Assembly (NCBI GenBank): GCA_040437565.1 | Contig: JBDOQK010000004.1 | Span: forward strand, 124,001-188,000 | Length of the DNA stretch: 64,000 nt | Reading direction: 5' to 3' | DNA from: Albugo candida | Lineage: Eukaryota | Shown here: in pieces, positions 11,655 through 22,469 of the stretch | Layout of the letters: the number at the start of each line of letters is the position of its first letter | Numbering within the stretch: the first letter of the stretch is position 1 | Position numbers and translations under genes: made by a program | Notes under the pieces: model-generated | What the model saw: the letters and a program-made list of their open reading frames with translations, nothing else | Told to the model about the DNA's origin: nothing | Databases searched by the model: none

Positions 11655-13770
11655 TTAGAATTTAAAGTCTTTGTGCTTCTTGCTCTTTTCTGACTTGGAT
11701 TTTTTACTTTTTTTCGCGCTTTCCTGATCATCGTCTTCAGACTTAATTTTGGATGTCGGATCGACATCTTCGAATCGCCTCCGAACACGACCGGAGGCGC
11801 TCCTTATGCCACTTTCCGAGATTGTTGATGCGGTGCCTTCCACATTTGCATTTGCTGATGGAACCACATACGCATGTGCTGATCCGTACAAAGCTGTTCC
11901 GACGGATGCTTGTTGTTGTGGGAGGACGGTGTAGAGCTGTTGTGGCTGATCCGGGGTTTCAGTTCCGCTAATGCACAAATAGTTAGCATTATTATGGATC
12001 CCTTCTGAAAAATAGACTCACCGAATGCCTTTACGCAAATCAACGACGCCTGGTGTGGTCAGTCCCGAGGTGACACTTGAGATTCCATCAGTCAATGGGG
12101 TTTCCGTCCCAGTTGCGTCCATGTGTTCGGTAGTGATGACTTCATCGTTCTGCTCGGTAGTTTCATCCTCGCTTTGCTCATCTTGTTCTTCTTCGATTAC
12201 TATAATGATCGGAAAATCAGGCGAGTCCAAGACGCACCCGACAGCCCACTTACCTTCTGGTTCTTGTAGCTCACCCCAGCGTTCTCTTCCAATGCCCTCA
12301 ACCTTTACAGACCGCGATGATTAACGTTGATCTACAATATCAATCATTTTCGTACCAAGGTCCTCGTCTCGACGGCTTTTCCAAAGACATCCCCGTAAAG
12401 TGGAGCTCCAGTCTGACAAATCATAGTCACTTTCTGCATTAAAATAACAAGCTACTAGTACCTCATCCACTGGAGGTTTTCCCCATCCTCCAGGGTGATA
12501 TCCAAAGCTAGCACCTTCAGGAATAGGTGCATTCAAACCTGGGATTTTAAGGTTCGGGTAGGCTGGAGGTGGTCCGTAGCGTTGCATATTCAGCAGCCAA
12601 GGAGGTGGAACGCCTTCGACCATACCCAGTGCGTTCTACGTACTTTCTCTGAGACGTTTGAAAACAAAAATACGATGTATCTGACCTTGAGCTCACTAGA
12701 GAGTTGTCCCGGGATTTTAGACTTGAGCTTCACCTCAAACTCTTTCCCTTCAAAGTATCTACACAATGTGAATATAAGCCGAAGCGCTAAATCTGATGTT
12801 CTCACGCACAGATCGCCAAGAATGCTGAGGTCCGGTTTGGTTTGATATCGAAAAAACGCATCGTGCAACACTTGGTAGTCAATGTCGATTCTTCCCACTT
12901 TGGGCTGCATGCGTTCTCTTGATTTCTGTTTGCTTGTCTTTTTCGCATCTTCTTCGATGTCGACTCCACGTACATCAGCAATACCAGTGTGAGCAATGAA
13001 ATCTTTATGGAATAGGTCACATCGAAAATATTTGTAGAAAATGAGTAGTACTATGACCTGGTAGCATGAAAGGCTTTTTTTCGATTCCCCGTTTTCCTTG
13101 CAAGTACTTTCTCTTGTGACACCAATGTCTGGGAACGGGGATAGTATTTCGATATGATTTCAGATACACAAGAAAGCGTGGGTCAGCGGCAGTCACGTCA
13201 TGGGCCTACAATCATTCCGTCCTTAATTGAGCAGTAGTAAGAGGCTAGAATGCGCTGACCTCCACGACATCGGGAAAAGCAACGAGTTGCTTTAATTCCG
13301 CCACACTGAGTCGCTTCATCTTTTTGCGCTGTTTTCGAGAAGCAGGCGTTTGGCCATCTTCCGCATCCGCATCCAAAACACCATTTTTAAGGGATTCGCG
13401 AGCAACTGTGCTCTTTTCATCGTCATAATTCTATAGCGATTACAGACGGATTGTAAGTGCGTGCACATCAATACAGCGCATTAAATACTTCTTCATTGTC
13501 CAATGTCCCCATCAGTTCTTCTGCGGAAGAAAATTTTGAAAAAACTCGCATGAATTCAGTGTAGCTAGGATCATCATTTGACAACGCATTGAGCTCTTGC
13601 TTGAGATCAAGGCTCACGTATTCCACATCGATTGTGTCTTTTGGCAAGCTTTGGGGATTAGTATCAGCTGCCGGATCTTCTTCAGATTTGGTTTGGCTGG
13701 ACTGTTTTGCGAGCTTCTGCTTTAGTCGTCGTCGCTGATTTTTCGACAAAGGTGCTGGATTTATCGCCAT
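11655..13770 (-). CDS. SF3B2: Splicing factor 3B subunit 2 (SAP145/Cus1), multi-exon
   Basis: VPRHWCHKRKYLQGKRGIEKKPF, MQPKVGRIDIDYQVLHDAFFRYQ, PPPWLLNMQRYGPPPAYPNLKIPGLNAPIP, GYHPGGWGKPPVDE; C-terminal KKHKDFKF. Confidence 0.95.
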
Positions 13771-13833
13771 CCTTACTGCCGATGTGTTGACACCGAGCAC
13801 TAATAGAGAGCACATAGTACTTACTGTGGCATC

Positions 13834-15557
13834 ATGAACATCAGCTCGGAATACTGGAGTCTATTGCAGCAATATGAGTTGATATGGACTACTCGTAAAT
13901 GCGCTTTTGCCCACGATTCTTTCCGAAGCAGGCTTCCTGAATTGGTCAGAAGAGTGATTGAAAGGAATAGAACTCATCTGCCGCCAAAACAGTGTCAACT
14001 GCTTGCACAAATAACAACGGAGATGCAGCAAGACTATCCACTTTCTAATTCACTCTTATTGACACAATGTGGAGATTTAAACTCGCATGGGACCTATTTG
14101 AGCAAGCTGATTGAAAATGAAGAGTACACGTGGCTGAATGCCCCCTGGTTCCTTGCTGAGCTATACCTATTCTATTTGATTCTTGTCGTCACTGGGTACT
14201 TTGATACAGGCGTGGACCCATTCCATCCGCTGTACGTGTACTTCATGTGCGATACGATTGAATGTCTAGGATCAATTATGTTGATTTCTGGATAGCAAGT
14301 ACGATGAGCTGCAAGACACGACAGCATGGATGCTACTGGATACTGCACTCCTTGTCAGCGACCATGTCGAGTTGGGTACTTCCGAGAAGCTTTGCACCCT
14401 TCTCAAATTTGATTTGTGGGGAAATAAGGCGGATGGTTGCTACAAGCAAGTACAAGACACCATGAAAGGAGAGAACGCAACGCTTGCAATGGATGACGAA
14501 CTTATAATTGTCAACGATACCGACTGTGTGCTACAACATCTGCAACATGGTGATAACAGCAAGGAAATCCACTTTATCAATGATAATTGTGGTACGGAAC
14601 TCTTCATGGATCTTGTGCTTGCAGACTTCTTTCTCAGCAATGTACGTCAGAATCTCAGTCCCAGCAAATCCATCATGTCTCTCTTATAGATCGCGTGTTC
14701 AGCTGTTGTCTTCCATACCAAGCTGAACCCAATGTATATCTCTGATGCGATCCCCGACGATGTACTCGAGCACATACGTGAAATGCAGAAATCAGATCGT
14801 AAAGAGAACATCCAGCGTCTTGGTCATCGACTCTCGCAATATCTCAATAAAGGCTTATTGCGTTTACGTCCGGATATCTTCTGGAATCAGTACCGCTTTT
14901 ACTATGAAATGCCTACGGATTTGGTACAAGAATTCTCACCATCAAAAGTCAATCTTGTATTGATCAAAGGGGATCTTAATTATCGGCGATTACTGGGTGA
15001 TCGCATGTGGCCCGCCACTATCTCTATGCGTGCGGCTGTACCTTATTTCCCGGTCTCTTTTGTTGCGTTACGCACACTCAAATCGGATCCAATTGTTGGT
15101 ATCGACCTGAAAGTACTGTCATCTGTCACCTCTGACGTAGCTTGGAGAGTTAATGGCGTACGTGGTGTTATACAGAGNNNNNNNNNNNNNNNNNNNNNNN
15201 NNNNNNNNNNNNNNNNNNNNNNNNNNNNNNNNNNNNNNNNNNNNNNNNNNNNNNNNNNNNNNNNNNNNNNNNNNNNNGCCTACGGATTTGGTACAAGAAT
15301 TCTCACCATCAAAAGTCAATCTTGTATTGATCAAAGGGGATCTCAATTATCGGCGATTACTAGGTGATCGCATGTGGCCCGCCACTATCTCTATGCGTGC
15401 GGCTGTACCTTATTTCCCGGTCTCTTTTGTTGCCTTACGTACACTCAAATCAGATCCAATTGTTGGTATCGACCCGAAAGTACTGTCATCTGTCACCTCT
15501 GACGTAGATTGGAGAGTTAACGGCGTACGTGGTGTTATACAGAGTGTTCTTCACTGA
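13834..15557 (+). CDS. ARMT1-like / DUF89 damage-control phosphatase (multi-exon; 3' part duplicated across the N gap)
   Basis: TWLNAPWFLAELY, DPF, LWGNKAD, FINDNCGTELFMDL, VLIKGDLNYRRLLGDRMW, ALRTLKSD. Confidence 0.9.
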
Positions 15558-16201
15558 TGGAGACACTTTAGGGAAACGTTGCACCAGAATCAGATTACAT
15601 AAAACATACACTCATATTTTTGATGTGATGCTGATTGGTTGATAATCATATACGAAACAAATTCAGTAGCACAGAGCACACACTCACCAAGAATGATTGT
15701 GACTTGTCTACTATTGTCGAAATAGCTTTCTAAAGAATTCAGTTGCGCCGAACTATGAACACGTGCTCGGTGCATAACGTGTCCACATTACAACTTGGAG
15801 ATCACATCTGTATCTGGGATAAGTCACGGTGGCCTTTTCGCTACACANNNNNNNNNNNNNNNNNNNNNNNNNNNNNNNNNNNNNNNNNNNNNNNNNNNNN
15901 NNNNNNNNNNNNNNNNNNNNNNNNNNNNNNNNNNNNNNNNNNNNNNNGACGTAGATTGGAGAGTTAACGGCGTACGTGGTGTTATACAGAGTGTTCTTCA
16001 CTGATGGAGACACTTTAGGGAAACGTTGCACCAGAATCAGATTACATAAAACATACACTCATATTTTTGATGTGATGCTGATTGGTTGATAATCATATAC
16101 GAAACAAATTCAGTAGCACAGAGCACACACTCACCAAGAATGATTGTGACTTGTCTACTATTGTCGAAATAGCTTTCTAAAGAATTCAGTTGCGCCGAAC
16201 T

Positions 16202-17743
16202 ATGAACACGTGCTCGGTGCATAACGTGTCCACATTACAACTTGGAGATCACATCTGTATCTGGGATAAGTCACGGTGGCCTTTTCGCTACACACATCAC
16301 GGAATTGTGTATCAGATGGGAACATGTGCGGATAAAGTAGAAGTTGCTCATGTTTGGAGTGCAATCGCTGACTTTCGAAAGTCGCAAGCGGACTCACGAT
16401 TTCAAATAACTAGTCTTACAGAGTTTTTGAATCATCGTCCTCTGGACGACATGCGACGTGTTCAGTACAATTCTTCCATTATTGCGGATGCGTTCTCTCG
16501 ATTAGGTGAGGTACATCGCTCTCGAAGCGATATTCCACCGATAGTTTTGGCACGTTGCAATTTTCTACTAGGAATGGGAAGAGGCCATTTTGATATTTTA
16601 TCGTTAAACTGCGAGCACGTAGCGCTGTGGTGCAAAACCGGGATCATTTGGTCAAAGCAACTGTACAATAAAGCGACATTGAAAGCACCATTTTTGAAAT
16701 CAACATCGCAACAAGAAATCCAACGATTGATGAAGTTAGAAGGTCTAATACAAGGATATAAATCCGACGCAGAAAAGAGAAATAGAGAATTGCAAGCAAT
16801 GGATGGAAAGCGTGTTTTCCTACAAGTTGGCGACGCGAGATTTGTGAAATTATTGGGAAGATCGCTCTATGCCGTGCTTAACGATCCCAAAGAAACCGAT
16901 CCTATTTTTCGGCATCAACCAACAGCGTTTCGACTGAGTATAGACGTGACTTATTATAACTGCGTGCAGATAACCCTGGACGATCAAAGTACAGGTCATT
17001 GGCTTTGTTCTCGTTCACATTGTGTGAAGATGTTGAATCGACAGCCGTTTCATCGGCAGAGTCTGTTCAAATTTGAGTACGGATGGAATGGAGAGTTACA
17101 AAGTCGGCGCAATCGTCAATGGTACATCGGTGTNNNNNNNNNNNNNNNNNNNNNNNNNNNNNNNNNNNNNNNNNNNNNNNNNNNNNNNNNNNNNNNNNNN
17201 NNNNNNNNNNNNNNNNNNNNNNNNNNNNNNNNNCTAATACAAGGATATAAATCCGACGCAGAAAAGAGAAATAGAGAATTGCAAGCAATGGATGGAAAGC
17301 GTGTTTTCCTACAAGTTGGCGACGCGAGATTTGTGAAATTATTGGGAAGATCGCTCTATGCCGTGCTTAACGATCCCAAAGAAACCGATCCTATTTTTCG
17401 GCATCAACCAACAGCGTTTCGACTGAGTATAGACGTGACTTATTATAACTGCGTGCAGATAACCCTGGACGATCAAAGTACAGGTCATTGGCTTTGTTCT
17501 CGTTCACATTGTGTGAAGATGTTGAATCGACAGCCGTTTCATCGGCAGAGTCTGTTCAAATTTGAGTACGGATGGAATGGAGAGTTACAAAGTCGGCGCA
17601 ATCGTCAATGGTACATCGGTGTTCAAACTCGAGATGGTATGTTGCGGACCTACAATACAAGAGACAAAGCAGCGTACTTTAAGATCATAGCAGCTGATCC
17701 CGTTGACAAAAACGAAGTCTTGGTCGATGCAGAAAAGATCTAA
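16202..17743 (+). CDS. LRAT/NC-domain (permuted NlpC/P60) acyltransferase/phospholipase-like protein with a C-terminal beta-rich domain; about 350 aa once the gap-flanking duplication is removed
   Basis: GDHI..., H-box YTHHGIV, VAHV, and NCEHVALWCKTG catalytic motif. 16745-17133 is repeated at 17234-17622 across the gap. Confidence 0.8.
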   Translation: MNTCSVHNVSTLQLGDHICIWDKSRWPFRYTHHGIVYQMGTCADKVEVAHVWSAIADFRKSQADSRFQITSLTEFLNHRPLDDMRRVQYNSSIIADAFSRLGEVHRSRSDIPPIVLARCNFLLGMGRGHFDILSLNCEHVALWCKTGIIWSKQLYNKATLKAPFLKSTSQQEIQRLMKLEGLIQGYKSDAEKRNRELQAMDGKRVFLQVGDARFVKLLGRSLYAVLNDPKETDPIFRHQPTAFRLSIDVTYYNCVQITLDDQSTGHWLCSRSHCVKMLNRQPFHRQSLFKFEYGWNGELQSRRNRQWYIGXXXXXXXXXXXXXXXXXXXXXXXXXXXXXXXXXXLIQGYKSDAEKRNRELQAMDGKRVFLQVGDARFVKLLGRSLYAVLNDPKETDPIFRHQPTAFRLSIDVTYYNCVQITLDDQSTGHWLCSRSHCVKMLNRQPFHRQSLFKFEYGWNGELQSRRNRQWYIGVQTRDGMLRTYNTRDKAAYFKIIAADPVDKNEVLVDAEKI

Positions 17744-18060
17744 TTAGATACATATTAATGAAATATACAACAGGTCAGCGAGGGGGTTCCGCATGGAGAA
17801 GATCACTTACAGCCCGATTTTTAGATACACGTTGATGCAAGTACTTACAATTCTCTCATAAGCTCTTGCAACCAAAACTACCAAAACGATAAGCAGGACT
17901 GCATCACATGCTTTTGAGTCGAAATTCATAGTGGGCTACATTCATGGGCGGACGGAAGGCNNNNNNNNNNNNNNNNNNNNNNNNNNNNNNNNNNNNNNNN
18001 NNNNNNNNNNNNNNNNNNNNNNNNNNNNNNNNNNNNNNNNNNNNNNNNNNNNNNNNNNNN

Positions 18061-18470
18061 CAAATTTGAGTACGGATGGAATGGAGAGTTACAAAGTCGG
18101 CGCAATCGTCAATGGTACATCGGTGTCCAAACTCGAGATGGTATGTTGCGGACCTACAATACTAGAGACAAAGCAGCGTACTTCAAGATCGTAGCAGCTG
18201 ATCCCGTTGACAAAAACGAAGTCTTGGTCGATGCAGAAAAGATCTTACTAGATAAATATTAATGAGATATACAACAGGCCAGCGAGGGGGTTCCGCATGG
18301 AGAAGATCACCTACAACCCGATTTTTAGATACACGTTTCTTGATGCAAGTTCTTACAATTCTCTTATAAGCTCTTGCTACCAAAACTACCAAAACGATAC
18401 GCAGGACTGCATCACGTGCTATTGAGTCGAAGTTCATATTGGGCTACATTCATGGGCGGACGGAAGGCAA
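18061..18470 (+). repeat. Diverged second copy (allele or paralogue fragment) of the LRAT gene 3' end and downstream sequence
   Basis: Aligns to about 17557-17960 with multiple substitutions and small indels, and starts right after a 100-N gap. Confidence 0.85.
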
Positions 18471-20711
18471 CATTGAGCGCGAAATAAAACTTGCGCAGGT
18501 TGTGGCTCCTACTTTCACGGCCATTTTCTAGGTAATAGTGATGGGACACCTGAGAGAATCCAGCAAAAGAGACATGACGTATCATGAGGGAAGTATGCAT
18601 TTTCTATACCGGGAATGCTGGGACTATTTCTTAGCAATCTGATAAACCTTTGATGCTCTCAGGGCCATGATTGATAGCAACGCTGTATGTATCGTGGTAT
18701 AGGTAATGGCATCGATGATCAATCAGCTCAACAAAACAGCAGAGATATCACGATGCAGCGAATGACGTAAAAAAACGTATCAGGTTGTTGAAGCTGTCGA
18801 TGAAAGTCGCCTGTCAATACCCGGGTAACTGACAGATCTACATATAGACGGCTCTATCAGCTTCTTGAGAATGATGCCTCGAATGCTGTTTTTCAAGAAT
18901 TTCCGAAGATCATTCATGATACTAATGTATACTCAGACGCGGAAGATCAGATCTACAACTGTGCGACAATCTCCAAAATAGTGAGAACATTCGAGCAATT
19001 ATTTTTGGATCAACTGGAAGGATCGAGGTAGACCGACTGTTGACTACTATCCCTGAGAAAGAGCTTCAACACGACCAAGGCCAGAGTCACTTTGATTGAT
19101 GTTCCAAAATCCAAAGTTGTACGGGAAAGAGAAGGCAATGGGTAAGTTTAGAATTGCAATCATGGAAAATCATTTCGACTTTGCGTGTCGTGTCATTGAC
19201 AATATAAGTTCTAATAGCGTCTTTCGCGTGCACTGCACAGAGTCACCTGATAAAGTTTCTCCTTACCTGAACTGGATTTTTATACAGCTCGACTCAGATC
19301 TTCAGTTGATTTCGCGATGGGCCTATGCAAATATACGTGCACGTGAATGCCGTCATGATTGATTTTTAGATATATACATGGGATGTCCTTCCTAAAAGAG
19401 AATACTTCATTCTGATCACTCAATTACGATTATCCAAACTTCAGCTATCAGGACATCAAATCGCAACATGCGAATTAAGCTACGTGTGATTTTGCTTCGT
19501 TTCAACTCATCACATTTAAACATTACAATTGATGCTCTGACTGCACCAGTTTGCTTGTGCAATAACGCACTCCATGTATTTTTACACTCAGGGCTGCTGC
19601 TGAGCCGAATACAACTTTTCCAGATCACAGTTTCTCCATAGCTTGGAAGAAAATACGAACGGATGCAAGTAAGATTCCTGTCCTGTGCGAGTTAGAGTCT
19701 GAACGTACCGTTGCTGCCAGGAACTTTTGTTAATTAGCCTCTTGCTGCGTGGAAGTCTCTTGTATATTTGAGCATCAGGATCTCTACATTGGAGTCGTAT
19801 TTTGTCAGACCCAATAGTTGGCAATACTTACTTTCGCCGGTACGGCCACCATAGGTCGGGTTGCTATTTGATTCGATTCCCGGTAGGATGTGCCCCCGTA
19901 CAGCCACGGTGCATGTTGACAGGTTTCAGATGCTTATTTGGCCATTCTACATTCATTATACAACAAATTTATTGGAGGAATATCATGGACGGTAGCGTAT
20001 AGTATGTCTCGTGCGTCCCGTCAAGCTCGCTACCTCCAGCCTCGCTTGTATCACAAAAAATCAATAGAGAGATGGTAAGTGGCAGCGTGATGTTAATTGG
20101 AATATATGACCAGAATAAGTAATATCGGCTGCTAAATCGCTCGATAATGGATATACAACAAGCCCAAGGCATGCTGCATCCACGGGACATATTTTTTTTG
20201 ACAAGGAACTTGCAGAAGATATTGGACGATATCGATGATTTGTGTGCTGTGGATTCATGAAGTTTGTATTGGGAAATGGCGTATTTGCAGCGAAATTTGG
20301 ATTTTCTCCATTAATCTTTTACCTGCCTGAAGCAAACTAGTACTCTAATGGCGAGAGCCAATATCTTTTTTGCTCGCCTGATTTATCATACAACATTATC
20401 CAGAGCACGATTAATATTGATTAATAGCTTTGTGCTAGAAGCACGATTGAGCCTCCTGCTTTGCAACAGCAGTAAAATCACTAATCTTGTGATAATAAAA
20501 TCTTTCACTGACTCGCCAGTTCATCTTCACGGTGTAGGTAATTGGAGCGGTTCGGCTGGACCCTTAATCAATCAGTGCTCCTTTCAAGCGCTGCTTTGAG
20601 ACAATCGAGACCGTGCTCGCACCACACGGATGTATTGGAAGTTCATTTTAATAGCTAACGCATAGTGTTGGCGGTGGTAAAATGAATACTGTTTGTTCTT
20701 TGGACTGTTAA

Positions 20712-22469
20712 TGTTGGCAGCTGAGCGAAGATGCGGTGTTCCAGGAAAATTGCCAAAACTGAGATTTTATTTTTTAGAAGAGAATATGGGGATTTTATAC
20801 CACTTTTTTCAAAAAATATGGTTTGCATACCAAAAGTTTCAAAAATATATTTATACCAAAAGTTTAAACANNNNNNNNNNNNNNNNNNNNNNNNNNNNNN
20901 NNNNNNNNNNNNNNNNNNNNNNNNNNNNNNNNNNNNNNNNNNNNNNNNNNNNNNNNNNNNNNNNNNNNNNCTGCGTAATCAGCATCCGAAAACGCTTCCA
21001 GAGTGACTTCTCTGGAATTCGTGCATACTTCACCACCCAAATAGAGCTTCAGACTTTTAGTACCCTTAAGATACTTCACCACTCTGACACCTAACGCCTA
21101 ATCGGCTGTTGGTGCATGAGTACGTCTCGTCAGCTTATGCACAGCGAAACCGATGTCTGGACGCGTGCAGCGTGCAATCCACAAAAGGCTGCCCGTCAAA
21201 GGCTGGAACTCCTTGATAGTTGGCTTCTTGACTGAACGTATCTCCAAGCAGTCCGAGTTTGATGTTGTACTATCACTGTAGTCCCGACCGATAGGCGTGA
21301 GAACCGGATGCGCTTCATCCATTCCCATTTTCGTTATTAATTCGCATAAAGACGGTTCCTGATCCAGATAGTATCCATCTTCATCGCTGTGGCGAACTCG
21401 CATGCCCAAAAAATTGCTGACGGGTCCGAGATTCTTGATTGAAAGATTATCAAATGTAGACTCAATTCTCGAAAAACTTGTCCCCGTTATCAGTATAATG
21501 TCGACATATACTCCCAAAACCGTACTTTCTTTTGTGTCTTGGTCGTAATATAAACATGAATCTGTTAGACTTTGTTTGAAACCTGAATCGCTGAGCTTCT
21601 CATGCAACATATGACCCCATAGCCTTCCTGCTTGTTTCAACCCATATAGGCTCTTCTGTAAGCGTAGTACCACTTGATCACGACTCGTAAGACCCAGTTC
21701 ATCCAGCTTGGATGTCGATATTTTCATTCCTTGAGGCACGTGCAAACACAGGTCCAAGTTCTTTTCCGTTGGAGCCTTCACGTACGCATTAGGTACGTCA
21801 TCATGCCTTGATAGCATTGCCCAGATCCTTGCTACAGATAGTATGAGCTTTGCTGTGCCTAAATCCATGACTGCTGCACATGTCATGTCGTAGTTGACTC
21901 CGAATACTGTTTGTTCCCGAAGTAAAGCATTCTAGCATTGAAGCGTTCCAGATTGCCGTTTGCGTCCGTTTTTCGCTTGAATACCCACTTCGTATGTAGG
22001 GCTTTGATATCGTTGGTTCTTGGTACGATGGCCCATGTTCTGTTTTCCTCCAGTGAGGCTAGTTCTGCGTCTGCAACCTCCTTCCATTCGACATGCTTTA
22101 CTGGCTTCATTGCTTGATTGTACGTCTTCGGATCCGGCTCAATCAGCACTGACACGATATCTTGAGACGAAGCTTTCCTTCATTGGTTTCTGGTAACCAT
22201 TTTACTTCTTGGATCTTTCTTGATCAGATCCGAACGCGGCCTTGTGGCAGTTGTGATTGTTGGTATTCTTATGAGGTTTCACGTCTACCTCTGTCAAATC
22301 CTGTTAACGTCTCTTGGAATTTCCAAATATATTTGCGCCTTCCATAGTTGACTCCACATTTGAGATGTGTTGAGTGATAATGACAGTCTTTTATTTGGGT
22401 AAATACACTTTGTATCCTTTAGTTTTGGTAATTTTCCTGGAACACCGCATCTTCGCTCACCTGCCAACA
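20712..22469. mobile_element. Element bounded by 49-bp terminal inverted repeats (TGT...ACA), inserted in the 3' LTR of element A and enclosing a Copia pol fragment
   Basis: 20712-20760 TGTTGGCAGCTGAGCGAAGATGCGGTGTTCCAGGAAAATTGCCAAAACT matches the reverse complement of 22421-22469 at 47/49. LTR A sequence resumes on both sides. An N gap lies inside. Confidence 0.65.
20971..22420 (-). pseudogene. Copia pol fragment (integrase C-terminus, RT, start of RNase H) of a third element
   Basis: TKGYKVYLP, EPDPKTYNQAM, LHTKWVFKRK, HDDVPNAYVKA, LQKSLYGLKQAGRLW, GVYVDI, ARCTRPDIGFAV, EAFSDADYA. Confidence 0.85.

Noticed and set aside
15501..16294. Second ARMT1 end and second LRAT start
   Set aside because: 15501-15847 is repeated at 15948-16294 across a gap; assembly artefact.
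16745..17622. Apparent tandem domain duplication in the 517-aa LRAT ORF
   Set aside because: The two copies look identical and flank a 100-N gap, so this is an unmerged contig overlap.
19416..20600. Fragmented minus-strand ORFs suggesting a pseudogene
   Set aside because: No recognisable motif; frames are interrupted by many stops.
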